A stretch of DNA of 33,235 nt. It comes from Verrucomicrobiota bacterium. Its GTDB lineage: Bacteria; Verrucomicrobiota; Verrucomicrobiia; Opitutales; UBA953. Below the pieces are notes generated by a model. The model worked only from the letters and a program-made list of their open reading frames with translations. It ran no database searches and was not told the origin of the DNA. Made by a program: the position numbers and the translations under genes. The stretch is taken from positions 1-33,235 of the forward strand of contig RGES01000001.1 in NCBI GenBank assembly GCA_009917805.1, read 5' to 3'. Numbering within the stretch: position 1 is the first letter of the stretch; every line of letters begins with the position of its first letter. Shown here piece after piece: positions 24,921-33,235 of this stretch.

Positions 24921-25673
24921 ATGAAGCACCTCCCCCTGCTCCTCATCGCCGCCCTCGGCTTCGCGGCCGAAGAAGCCCCTCGTCCCAACATCCGTCCGGA
25001 GGGACCCGCCCCCGAAGGCCGAGCCCTCCCTCGCCTCCCCGTCCAGCTCTCTCCCGACGAACAGAAGCGCCTCCATGAGGCCATGGAGAAAGCCAACCAG
25101 GACCCCGCCGTCAAAGAAGCGCACGAGCAGGCCGCCAAGGCCCAGCAGGCCGCCGCGGAAGCCCAGAAGAAGGCCCGCGAGATCACCGACGACGCCGCCC
25201 GCAAGGCCGACCCGTCCGTCGCCCCCATCCTGGAAAAGGTCCGCAAGGCCATGGAGCAGCGCCAGCCCGGCCGCCAGCCCAACGCCGAACCCGGCCGCCA
25301 GCCGGAGTCCCAGCCCCGTGGCGAACCCCCCCGTCAGCGCGAAGGCGGCAACCGCCAGCCTAACGCCGAACCGAACCGTCAGCGCGAAGGCAACCGCGAG
25401 CAACCCGCCAACCGCGGCGCCCAGTTTCCCGGCCTGACCCCTGACGAACAGCAGCGCGTCCGCGAAGCGATGACCAAGGCCAACGCCGAACCGGCCGTCC
25501 GCGAAGCCCGCGAGGCCGCGGCCGCCGCCCAGCGCAAGGCGATGGAGATCGCCGAAGACGCCGCCCGCAAGGCCGACCCTTCCATCGCTCCTCTCCTCGA
25601 GAAGATGCATAAGGCCTTCGAAGCCCGCCGACCCGAGGGCGAAAGCCAACGCGGCCGCAAGCAGCCCGAATAA
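24921..25673 (+). CDS. Secreted helical protein with two LTXXQ-type (Spy/CpxP-like) repeats separated by a Q/P/R/E/N-rich spacer
   Basis: A signal peptide MKHLPLLLIAALGFAA. Repeat 1 is at nt 25047-25262 (LSPDEQKRLHEAMEKAN...ARKADPSVAPILEKVRKAME). Repeat 2 is at nt 25434-25628 (LTPDEQQRVREAMTKAN...ARKADPSIAPLLEKMHKAFE). I prefer ATG 24921 over the longer track ORF. Confidence 0.75.
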   Translation: MKHLPLLLIAALGFAAEEAPRPNIRPEGPAPEGRALPRLPVQLSPDEQKRLHEAMEKANQDPAVKEAHEQAAKAQQAAAEAQKKAREITDDAARKADPSVAPILEKVRKAMEQRQPGRQPNAEPGRQPESQPRGEPPRQREGGNRQPNAEPNRQREGNREQPANRGAQFPGLTPDEQQRVREAMTKANAEPAVREAREAAAAAQRKAMEIAEDAARKADPSIAPLLEKMHKAFEARRPEGESQRGRKQPE

Positions 25674-25694
25674 GCACGGGTCCGTGCGTATCGA

Positions 25695-25724
25695 AGGCCG
25701 ACCGAATGGTCGGCCTTTTTATTT
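25695..25724 (+). terminator. Rho-independent terminator
   Basis: A perfect 9-bp stem AGGCCGACC / GGTCGGCCT with a GAAT loop, followed by TTTTTATTT, lies 22 nt after the stop at 25673. Confidence 0.85.
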
Positions 25725-25762
25725 CCCATTCCGCCGGACAGGTTCATATTCCGGCCATCCCC

Positions 25763-27859
25763 ATGCGCCTCCCCACGCTCGCCCTCGTCGCCTTCGGACT
25801 GCTGAACATCGCCTCCGCGGAAGACGCCCGACTCGGCCCGCTCAAAGACCTCAACGGATACTTCCCCTTCCCCGCCCCGAAGTCCGTGCAGGAATGGGAA
25901 CCGCGCCGCGACTTCTTCCGCCGCCAGCTGCTGGTGTCCCAGGGCCTCTGGCCGATGCCGACCAAGACGCCGCTCAACGCGGTCATCCACGGCAAGATCG
26001 ACCAAGGAGACTACACCATCGAGAAGGTGTACTTCGAAAGCGCCCCGGGCTTCTTCGTCACCGGCAACCTCTACCGACCGAAGAACGTCTCAGGCAAGGT
26101 CCCCGCGGTCGTGTTCCCGCACGGCCATTGGACCGACGCCCGTTTCCTCATCCAGCCGGACAAATACGTCCGCGAGGAGATCGCGACCGGTCAGGAACGC
26201 TTCGAGCAAGGCGGCCAATCCCGCTTCCAGTCGATGTGCGTGCAGCTCGCGCGCATGGGCTGCGTCGCCTGGCAGATCGACGCCCTCAGCGATTCGGATT
26301 CGAAGCAGTTCACGCCCGAGGTCATCCACAAGTTCGCCAAACAGCGTCCGGAGATGAACCGCACGGAAGGCTGGGGCCTCTACAGCCCCCAGGCCGAAGC
26401 CAACCTGCAGAGCGTGATGGGCCTCCAGACCCTCAACTCGATCCGCAGCGTCGACTTCCTCCTCACGCTCCCTGAAGTCGACCCGACGCGCCTCGCGGTC
26501 ACGGGCTCCAGCGGCGGCGGCACCCAGACGATGCTCCTGGCCGCCTCCGACCCCCGCCTGGCGCTTTCGTATCCGGTGGTGATGGTCAGCACTGCCATGC
26601 AGGGCGGCTGCTCCTGCGAAAACGCCACGCTCCTCCGCGTGAACTCAGGCAATGTCGAGATCGCCGCCCTCTTCGCGCCGAAACCGCAGGGCATGAACAC
26701 CGCGAACGACTGGACCAAGGAGATGGCGACCAAAGGCTTCCCCGACCTGCAGGCCCTGTACAAGCTCTACGGCAAGAAGGACTACGTGACGCTGCAACGC
26801 GGCGAACACTTCCCGCACAACTATAACGCGGTCACGCGCATGGGCTTCTACGAGGTGCTGAACCGCCACTTCAAGCTGGGTCAGGCTTCGCCGATCGTCG
26901 AAAAGGATTACGCCCCCTTGCCCAAGGAGAAGCTGACGGTCTGGGACGACGCTCACCCGGCCCCGAAGTCCGGCGATCCCGACTTCGAACGCGGTCTGCT
27001 CAAATGGTTGAAGTCAGACGCGCAGCAACAGCTGCTCGCCGCGGCCAAGACCGCCGAAGGCCGCGAACACGTCCTCCGACCGGCCATCGAGGCCATCATC
27101 GGCCGCCCCTATGCCCAGGCGGGCAAGATCAGCTTCCCCGACGCCAGCACGCAGTGGCGCGACTCGCACTTCCGCACCCAAGGCAGATTGCTCAACGCCA
27201 CCTACGGCGAAGAGGTCGCGATCGACTGGCTGCAGCCGATCAACCCCACCGGCGAAGTGGTCGTCTGGCTCGATGACTCGGGCAAAGGCGCCGCCCGGCT
27301 CGCCGACGGCAGCATCCGCCCCGAACTGCAGGCGCTCATCGACCGCGGCGTCGGCGTTCTGACCGCCGACCTCTTCCTGCAGGACGACAAGGGACTGAAG
27401 CAGACGCGCGTCGTCGCCGGACCCCGCGAAGTCCCGGCTTACACCTTCGGATACAACCATGCCCTGTTCGCCCAACGGGTGCATGACGTGATGACCATCA
27501 CGAGCTACCTGCTGACGCCCCGCGACAGCTCGCAGCCCGCGGTGAAGAAGGTCTCGCTCGCCGGCTTCGGCAAGATGGGCGCCGTCGCCGCCGCCGCGCG
27601 GGCCGCCACCGGCAACGCCATCGCCAAGGCCGCCGTCGATACGGGCACCTTCCGCTTCGGCCAGCTCCTGGATTACCGCGACCCGATGTTCCTGCCCGGC
27701 GGCTCGAAGTATCTCGACGTCCCCGGCCTGCTCTGCGTCGCCTCAGCCCAGCCCCTCTGGGTCGCCGGCGAACCCGACGCCGCGCTCTTCCCCGCCGCCG
27801 TCCTCCACCAAGCCGGCGCGGACGCCAAGACCGCCGCCGCCGATTGGCTCCTCAAATGA
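25763..27859 (+). CDS. Secreted alpha/beta-hydrolase-fold esterase (acetyl-esterase/dienelactone-hydrolase-like) with a long C-terminal extension
   Basis: A signal peptide MRLPTLALVAFGLLNIASA. PAVVFPHGHW, the nucleophile elbow VTGSSGGGT (GxSxG) and a second hydrolase-like half are present. I prefer ATG 25763 over the track start 25706, which lies inside the terminator. Confidence 0.75.
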   Translation: MRLPTLALVAFGLLNIASAEDARLGPLKDLNGYFPFPAPKSVQEWEPRRDFFRRQLLVSQGLWPMPTKTPLNAVIHGKIDQGDYTIEKVYFESAPGFFVTGNLYRPKNVSGKVPAVVFPHGHWTDARFLIQPDKYVREEIATGQERFEQGGQSRFQSMCVQLARMGCVAWQIDALSDSDSKQFTPEVIHKFAKQRPEMNRTEGWGLYSPQAEANLQSVMGLQTLNSIRSVDFLLTLPEVDPTRLAVTGSSGGGTQTMLLAASDPRLALSYPVVMVSTAMQGGCSCENATLLRVNSGNVEIAALFAPKPQGMNTANDWTKEMATKGFPDLQALYKLYGKKDYVTLQRGEHFPHNYNAVTRMGFYEVLNRHFKLGQASPIVEKDYAPLPKEKLTVWDDAHPAPKSGDPDFERGLLKWLKSDAQQQLLAAAKTAEGREHVLRPAIEAIIGRPYAQAGKISFPDASTQWRDSHFRTQGRLLNATYGEEVAIDWLQPINPTGEVVVWLDDSGKGAARLADGSIRPELQALIDRGVGVLTADLFLQDDKGLKQTRVVAGPREVPAYTFGYNHALFAQRVHDVMTITSYLLTPRDSSQPAVKKVSLAGFGKMGAVAAAARAATGNAIAKAAVDTGTFRFGQLLDYRDPMFLPGGSKYLDVPGLLCVASAQPLWVAGEPDAALFPAAVLHQAGADAKTAAADWLLK

Positions 27860-28546
27860 TGCACCGTCGCACCTTGCTGGCCGGCCTCGCCGTGGCTCCC
27901 TTCGCGGGCCTGCTCGCGGCCGAACCGCCCGCCCGCATCCGCATCGCGCAGATCGGCACCTCCCACGCCCACGCGTCGGGCAAGATGGATGCGCTACGGT
28001 CCCTGTCCGACCTTTATGAGGTCGTCGCATTCGCCGAACCGATCGCCTCCCGCCAAGCCGCCGCCCAGAAGGCGAAATCCTTCGCCGGATTGAAGTATCT
28101 CACCGAGGAAGAAATCCTCGCCGACAAGTCCATCCAGGCAGTGGTCATCGCAGCTCGCCGTCCTGACCTACCCCAAGGCCACCGTGACGATCCGCTGCAA
28201 CCATGCCGATCCCTTCGGCGGCCCGAACCGCCACCTCACCGTCCGCGGCACCAAGGGCGACATGGAGATCTCGCCCCTCGAGTCCGGCACCGGCCTCCTG
28301 CGCCTGGACCAGCATCGCGACACGATCAAGGTCTGCCGGAAGGTCGGCGACACGAGCGTCATGGTCGCCGAACCTCGCTTCCGGAAGGGCGAAAGCGCCT
28401 TCGAGCTCGAAGTCCCCAAGGGCCGTTACGACGAAGAATTCCGCGACCTCGCCCGCGTGCTGCGCGGACAGGCCTTCGGCTGGTCGGCCGAGCACGACAT
28501 CGCCGTGCATGCGACGGCCCTGCGCGCCGCCGGACTGACGCCTTGA
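27856..28546 (+). pseudogene. Gfo/Idh/MocA-family oxidoreductase remnant with a Tat signal and Rossmann N-terminus joined out of frame to the C-terminal domain; the middle is missing
   Basis: Frame 1 reads MMHRRTLLAGLAVAPFAGLLAA...IRIAQIGTSHAHASGK...SIQAVVIA and then degenerates into R/P-rich sequence. From ~28152, frame 2 reads LAVLTYPKATVTIRCNHADPFGG...LTVRGTKGDMEI...AEHDIAVHATALRAAG. No EKP motif segment is present. Together these give ~230 aa against the usual 330-450. Confidence 0.6.
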
Positions 28547-28550
28547 TCGC

Positions 28551-29291
28551 TTATTTGAGCACCTTGGCGGCGTAGCCCTGCATCAGCTTGGCCTGGGCTT
28601 CGTCGAGCTTGCCCGCCCCCTTCGGCGCCGGGTCCTTCACGCCGTAGATCTTCCCGAAGAAAATGAGGGCGTTGAGATAGGTGCCGACGAACTCGGGGTG
28701 CGAGTTGTCCTTCTGATGGAGCCGCACGGGCGAAGAGGACGCGTAGTTGAGTTCCCAGGCGTCGCCGCATGGCACCAGCTGCGCCTTGTTATCCTTCGCG
28801 GCGACTCCGTACCATTTGCGCAGCCTCGCCTGCATCTCCTTCGGGTCCTTGCCCATCGCGGAGGCCTTCTTGCTCTCGGTCCAGTAGTCGGCATGACGCG
28901 CCCACGTCTCGTAGAAATAGATCTTCGCCTGCGGGCTCTTGGCCCGGACGCGCTGGCAGAGCTCGGCCGCGCTCGCCAGGAACTCCTTACGCGTGGCCTC
29001 GTCCGTCTCGGCGAGCGCCGGCTCCTGGCTTTGACCTTGGAGCACGACGACATCCCAGCCTCCCTCGTCGATGAGCAGCTGCTGCTTCAGGGTGCGGCCG
29101 CCGGGCGTGGAGGATTTCACCACCGGTTCCTTGCGACCGGAGCCCTTCACGACGTCGAGGAAGACGTCCGGGAGTTTGTTGACGCCGGTGTAGCTGTTCC
29201 CGATGAAAAGGACACGCTGCGGATCTTCCGCGAAGGCGACCGTGGCGAGCATCAGGAAGGCGGCCAACCATGACATCGGGGCGAATCTCAT
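28551..29291 (-). CDS. Secreted SGNH/GDSL-like hydrolase
   Basis: A signal peptide MRFAPMSWLAAFLMLATVAFA. The blocks are LFIGNSYT (block I, GNS variant), STPGG (II), VVLQGQSQEP (III-like) and KDNSHP (V, DxxH). An alternative start lies at 29276. Confidence 0.8.
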   Translation of the reverse strand: MRFAPMSWLAAFLMLATVAFAEDPQRVLFIGNSYTGVNKLPDVFLDVVKGSGRKEPVVKSSTPGGRTLKQQLLIDEGGWDVVVLQGQSQEPALAETDEATRKEFLASAAELCQRVRAKSPQAKIYFYETWARHADYWTESKKASAMGKDPKEMQARLRKWYGVAAKDNKAQLVPCGDAWELNYASSSPVRLHQKDNSHPEFVGTYLNALIFFGKIYGVKDPAPKGAGKLDEAQAKLMQGYAAKVLK

Positions 29292-29332
29292 GGCGCCAGC
29301 ATTCCGCAGAATCGAAGGATGACAACCCCGAC

Positions 29333-32300
29333 TTACCAAAGGACCGGCTGGGTCACCCCGATATTACGCTGCACTTCGGGGTCGGTCGGGTCGGACGGCA
29401 GCTTCTTCCAGAGGTCGAGATAGGCCGTCTCCCCGAACTGGCGACCGGCGAAGAGCAGGCCAGGCTGACGGGCCGGCCAGCCTTCCCAAGCCTGCACGTC
29501 GGGCTTCAGGGTCCACTTGGACTTATCGGCGAGGAACGGATAAAGGAACGCCACGGCCTTCCGGATGCCGCGGCCGTCGGGCAACGTGAACTCCCAGAGG
29601 TTGTCCTCCTTGGTGGAGAGCACCTGACAAAGGAGCACCATGTTATCCAGCTGGAAGATCGAGTAGCCGTAGGGCTTGGTGCGGGCCAGCTCCAGCGGGA
29701 ACCCGCCGTCGACGCCCATCTGCTTGCCGACGAAGACCTCCTTGTACTGGTTGCGACAGGCTGCGAGCTTCTCCTGGTCGCCGATGAAGTCCGCGTAGAC
29801 GGCAAGCTGCAGGTAGAACGCCACGGCGTGGTTGTTCTTCGCGGCGGCCTCCTCCTTGCCGTTCTTGCTGGTGACCATCCACTCGGCGAGCTCGCGGAAC
29901 CAGGCGCGGAGGTCCTTGGCCATGCCGGCGGGAAAAGCGGGGGAACGCTCCATGGCCTTCACGGCGGCGGGGACTTCGATCAGGTGCAATGCGTCGATGA
30001 CTCCGATGCCTCGGCCGGGCGAGACGCCGGGGACGGCCTGCGCGAAATTGAGGTTCGGGTTCATGCGGAGCTTGGCATCCAGGAAGAATACCCGGAGGAG
30101 CTCGGCGGCCTTGACGACATACTTGTCGTCGCCCGTGATCTTATAGGCGGCGGCGAGCGCCGACACGGAATCGCGCAAGGTCTTCACTACCAGGCGATGC
30201 TGGCTGAAGTTCTCCGGATTCGTCTCACCGTCGCGACGGATGTACGGCAGACCGTTCGGCTTCGTGGGATCCGGCCACCAGTAGTCGCCGTTCGAGTAGA
30301 AGTCGTTGGCCCCGCCCTCGCTGAGCTTGGCCGGGAACGCGGTGATGCTGACCGGGGCCTGCGCAAGGGCCTTGTCGGCGGCCTTGAGGATCCGCTCGCG
30401 GTCGATGGCGGCGACGTCGACCACGACCTTGGGCGAGACGGGCGTGCCGGCGACGGCGGAAGCCGCCGCGGCGGCCGGCGCGACCTCCGCCTTGGCCTTG
30501 CCCTTCGTCTTGGACTTGGAGGCGGGCTTGTCGGCCTTGGGCTTGGCGCCATCGGCCTTCGGCGTGGCTTCGGCCACCGACTTGTTCTCGACGTTGAGGA
30601 ACTGGGTCCGGCGGCCTTCGGAAGAAGCGCTGAACACGGCCTTATGTCCGGTGACCTTGGCGCTGATCTGCGCCCGGCCGTTGTACATCTGGACGACGCG
30701 GGAGCCGGTGGAGGTACCGAGGTTATCCAGCAGCTGGCCTTCGCCGACCATGCCGAAGCGGACGATGTTGGCGCAATCGAGGCACGGCACGCCTTCGGCG
30801 TCGGCCATCCGCGCCTCGAGGGTGACGACGCCATCCTTCTGCGCCAGCTCGGTCAACGTGAGTTTGGCCGGCTTGCCCCAAGGCTTCGACTGATAGCCGA
30901 CCGTAAGCTCGTCGGCGAGCTCGCCGGACGCGGACTTGGCGACGGCGCGCAGCTTGTTCGGGCCATCCTTCAGGACGACGTTCCAGCGGAGGCCGGCCGC
31001 CGGGAAGTCCTGGCTGTCGCGCTTCTTGGCTCCGAGGCTCTTGCCGTCGGCGAAGAGCTCGACTTCGGCGCAGTTGGAATAGACCCGGATCTCCTTGGCT
31101 TCGCCGGGCTTGCCCCAGCGCACGGGCCATTCATGGCCGAGCAGGCGCACCATGGGCTTGTCGGACCAATAGCTCTGGAAGACGTAGTAACCTTCCTTCG
31201 GCGTTCCGTCGCGTTCGACGACGCCCTTCTGGTTGACGCGCGGCACGGGGTTCTCCGGGCGCAGCGGCGTGGCGAAATCCTTGAAGATCCACTGGGCGCT
31301 GCCGGTCAGCCAAGGCATCTTCTCCTGCTCCTTGAGATGCCAGTCGAAGAGATTGACCATGTAGCTCTCGGACCAGTCGCCGTCCTTGGACATGCGCACT
31401 TTCCCGCCGGTCTTCTTGTAGGCCTTGCCCTTCTCGGCCGTGCCCTCGCCCACGGCGATCTTCTCGATCATCTTCTCGGGCTCTTCGGCGAAACGACGGG
31501 CGTGGCTGTCGCCACCCCACTCGGCATGGAAGAAATGCCGGGTATCCTTCAAGGCCTTCTCGGCGGAGGCGGCGTATTCGGTGTAGCGGCCCGAGTACCA
31601 GCCGGCCCAGATGCTCGGCGAATAGACGTCGACGATGTCTTTGCAGAAATCGCAACGGCGGATGGTCGTCGGACGCGAGGCGTCCAGCTTGTGCGCCAGG
31701 TCGTTCAATTCCGACATGAACGCGCGGATGGCGTCCTTGTCCTGCTTCTCGAAATCGCCCGGCCAGTCGTTCTCGTTGCCGAGGCCCCACAGGATCACGG
31801 AAGGATGGTTACCATGCTGCTCGATGAGGGACTTGAGCATGTCGCGACACTGCTGCTTGTAGCGGTCGCCGCCGATGCCGCCGCGGCACCACGGGATTTC
31901 CTCCCAGACCAGCAAGCCGAGCTCATCGCAGAGCTTCAGCACGAGCGGGGCCTGCTGATAATGACCGAGACGCACGAAGTTGGCGCCCATGTCCTTGATC
32001 GCGACGAGCGTCTGACGGACGACCTCGTCCGGCACGGCCGCGGCCACGCCGGCATGGTCTTCGTGGTAATGCGTGCCCTTGAGGAGCAGACGCTCGCCGT
32101 TGAGCTTGAAAGGCCCGTGTTCGACCCACTCGAAGCTGCGGAAACCGAAGGACTCGGCGACGACCTGTTCACCATGCTTGGACCGAAGGGTCACCGTCGC
32201 CCGATAGAGCTGCGGGGATTTCGGGGACCAAAGCGACGGGTTCGCCAAGGAGAACTTGGCGGTGACGATGCCTTGCGAAGCCGAGACCGCCGCGCCCTCC

Positions 32301-33016
32301 GAGCGAGCGGCGACCTTGCCGGCCGGATCGGTGACCACCACCTCGCAGGTGACGTCGTCAGCCAGCGCCTGCGGATTGGCCAAGCGGACTTCGACGGAAA
32401 CCTCGCCCTTGGCATCCTTGACGGAGGCGGCGACGCCGACACGGGCGACCGAGATGGCCGGCACGTAGACCAGGCTGACATGACGATAGAGGCCGCCGTA
32501 ACGGTTGAAGTCGCTGAGGTCGGAAGGGATGCTCTCGGCGTCGCGCGAGTTATCGCAGAGGACCGCGACCGGCACCTCGCCCTTGAATTCCGGACGGGAG
32601 GACGCCTTGGCCGCCGCTTCGGTGATATCGACGGTCCACTCGTCGTAACCGCCGACGTGGGCGCCGACCTTCTGGGTATAGACGAAGACTTCCGATTTCT
32701 GGCCGGCACCGTCGAACTTCAGGAGCGTACGACCGTTCGGATACGGATTGGCGACCTTGAGCTTGGTACGGTACCAGCCCTGCCCTTGATAATAACGGAC
32801 GTCGGGATCGACGGAGTCGCGGCCGTTGAAGCAATGCGGCAAGGCGACGGGCGACCAGGTGACGTTGTCGCTGGCGGCATCGCCGCGCCAGACCTCCCAG
32901 GTGCTCCCCAAGGTGCCTTGGTAATATTCCCAGCCGGCGGACAGCCGCTGGACGTTCTCCGCCGCAGGGGACGCGAGGGCGAGCAGGACGAAGAAAAGAC
33001 GCGCAAACGTATTCAT
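29333..33016 (-). CDS. Secreted fusion protein with an N-terminal glycoside hydrolase family 2 module and a C-terminal alginate-lyase-like (alpha/alpha barrel polysaccharide lyase) module
   Basis: A signal peptide MNTFARLFFVLLALASPAA. The GH2 sugar-binding region is ALPHCFN...YYQGQGWYRTKL...LKFDGAGQKSEVFVYTQKVGAHVGGYDEWTVDIT. TIM-barrel motifs are NFVRLGHYQ, WGLGNEN and HAEWGG. A K/A/P-rich linker follows. The lyase part has FYSNGDYWWPDP, PYIRRDGETNP and NNHAVAFYLQ, as in alginate-lyase-domain proteins. Confidence 0.85.
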   Translation of the reverse strand: MNTFARLFFVLLALASPAAENVQRLSAGWEYYQGTLGSTWEVWRGDAASDNVTWSPVALPHCFNGRDSVDPDVRYYQGQGWYRTKLKVANPYPNGRTLLKFDGAGQKSEVFVYTQKVGAHVGGYDEWTVDITEAAAKASSRPEFKGEVPVAVLCDNSRDAESIPSDLSDFNRYGGLYRHVSLVYVPAISVARVGVAASVKDAKGEVSVEVRLANPQALADDVTCEVVVTDPAGKVAARSEGAAVSASQGIVTAKFSLANPSLWSPKSPQLYRATVTLRSKHGEQVVAESFGFRSFEWVEHGPFKLNGERLLLKGTHYHEDHAGVAAAVPDEVVRQTLVAIKDMGANFVRLGHYQQAPLVLKLCDELGLLVWEEIPWCRGGIGGDRYKQQCRDMLKSLIEQHGNHPSVILWGLGNENDWPGDFEKQDKDAIRAFMSELNDLAHKLDASRPTTIRRCDFCKDIVDVYSPSIWAGWYSGRYTEYAASAEKALKDTRHFFHAEWGGDSHARRFAEEPEKMIEKIAVGEGTAEKGKAYKKTGGKVRMSKDGDWSESYMVNLFDWHLKEQEKMPWLTGSAQWIFKDFATPLRPENPVPRVNQKGVVERDGTPKEGYYVFQSYWSDKPMVRLLGHEWPVRWGKPGEAKEIRVYSNCAEVELFADGKSLGAKKRDSQDFPAAGLRWNVVLKDGPNKLRAVAKSASGELADELTVGYQSKPWGKPAKLTLTELAQKDGVVTLEARMADAEGVPCLDCANIVRFGMVGEGQLLDNLGTSTGSRVVQMYNGRAQISAKVTGHKAVFSASSEGRRTQFLNVENKSVAEATPKADGAKPKADKPASKSKTKGKAKAEVAPAAAAASAVAGTPVSPKVVVDVAAIDRERILKAADKALAQAPVSITAFPAKLSEGGANDFYSNGDYWWPDPTKPNGLPYIRRDGETNPENFSQHRLVVKTLRDSVSALAAAYKITGDDKYVVKAAELLRVFFLDAKLRMNPNLNFAQAVPGVSPGRGIGVIDALHLIEVPAAVKAMERSPAFPAGMAKDLRAWFRELAEWMVTSKNGKEEAAAKNNHAVAFYLQLAVYADFIGDQEKLAACRNQYKEVFVGKQMGVDGGFPLELARTKPYGYSIFQLDNMVLLCQVLSTKEDNLWEFTLPDGRGIRKAVAFLYPFLADKSKWTLKPDVQAWEGWPARQPGLLFAGRQFGETAYLDLWKKLPSDPTDPEVQRNIGVTQPVLW

Positions 33017-33102
33017 GGCTAATTCCTTCGATTAGCCAGCATCCGCCATAGGCTTTCAATTACAGATTACTTAATCTGACCTTAAGAAACGGAGCCGACA
33101 TC

Positions 33103-33235
33103 TCACTTTTCAGCAATACCCCAGACTTTCTCGACCACTTTGAGCATGCCGAGGTCCTTCGCACGCAGCTCGGCGCGGTCGAACGGCTCCATGTCGTTGC
33201 GATCGAAATAGGACTCGGTGCTCTCCGCGAAATAC
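33103..33235 (-). CDS. 3' end of an unidentified gene continuing beyond the right edge (last 43 codons plus stop)
   Basis: The minus-strand frame reads ...YFAESTESYFDRNDMEPFDRAELRAKDLGMLKVVEKVWGIAEK* with a host-like codon pattern and a stop (TCA on the + strand) at 33103-33105. It is too short to assign a family. Confidence 0.5.
   Translation of the reverse strand, partial: YFAESTESYFDRNDMEPFDRAELRAKDLGMLKVVEKVWGIAEK

Noticed and set aside
29270-33022. A 1250-aa plus-strand ORF opposite the GH2-lyase gene
   Set aside because: It is a shadow ORF. The minus-strand product has unambiguous GH2 and lyase motifs and a signal peptide, while the plus-strand product is R/G/D/L-rich with no motifs.
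1-33235. CRISPR arrays, IS elements or transposases, prophage genes and toxin-antitoxin pairs
   Set aside because: I saw no regularly spaced repeats, no terminal inverted repeats flanking ORFs, and no transposase, integrase, capsid or terminase-like translations in any frame.

Overview
High-GC (~65-70%) bacterial chromosomal window with very tight gene packing. The gene content (LpxI, Tat-signal Gfo/Idh/MocA, many secreted esterases and CAZymes, TPR and GYF proteins) suggests a Verrucomicrobiota/Opitutaceae-like organism, but this is inference only. I support about 29 protein genes, one tRNA(CAU), one clear rho-independent terminator and two apparently decayed genes. Layout: (i) 1-7299, a translationally coupled four-gene operon on the + strand; (ii) 7358-17259, housekeeping genes (tRNA, rsfS-nadD, lpxI, panB-gpsA plus a coupled SET-domain gene, a TPR protein, a broken purA-like gene, mgtE); (iii) 17273-20704, a small unknown protein, an HDAC-like deacetylase divergent from a PARG-like macrodomain protein, and a GYF/PH-like protein; (iv) 20709-33016, a locus rich in secreted esterases and glycanases. 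The best candidate for an undescribed system is block (i). It encodes a zinc-ribbon TRAFAC-type GTPase, a bitopic membrane protein whose N-terminus resembles the GTPase-associated protein 1 (GAP1) N-domain of NTPase conflict systems, a 982-aa bitopic helical protein, and a GYF_2-domain polytopic membrane protein. I recognise no effector domain in it. No CRISPR array, IS element, integrase or prophage gene was seen. The many long antisense ORFs in the track are high-GC shadow ORFs. All family assignments come from motif recognition by eye, not from searches.
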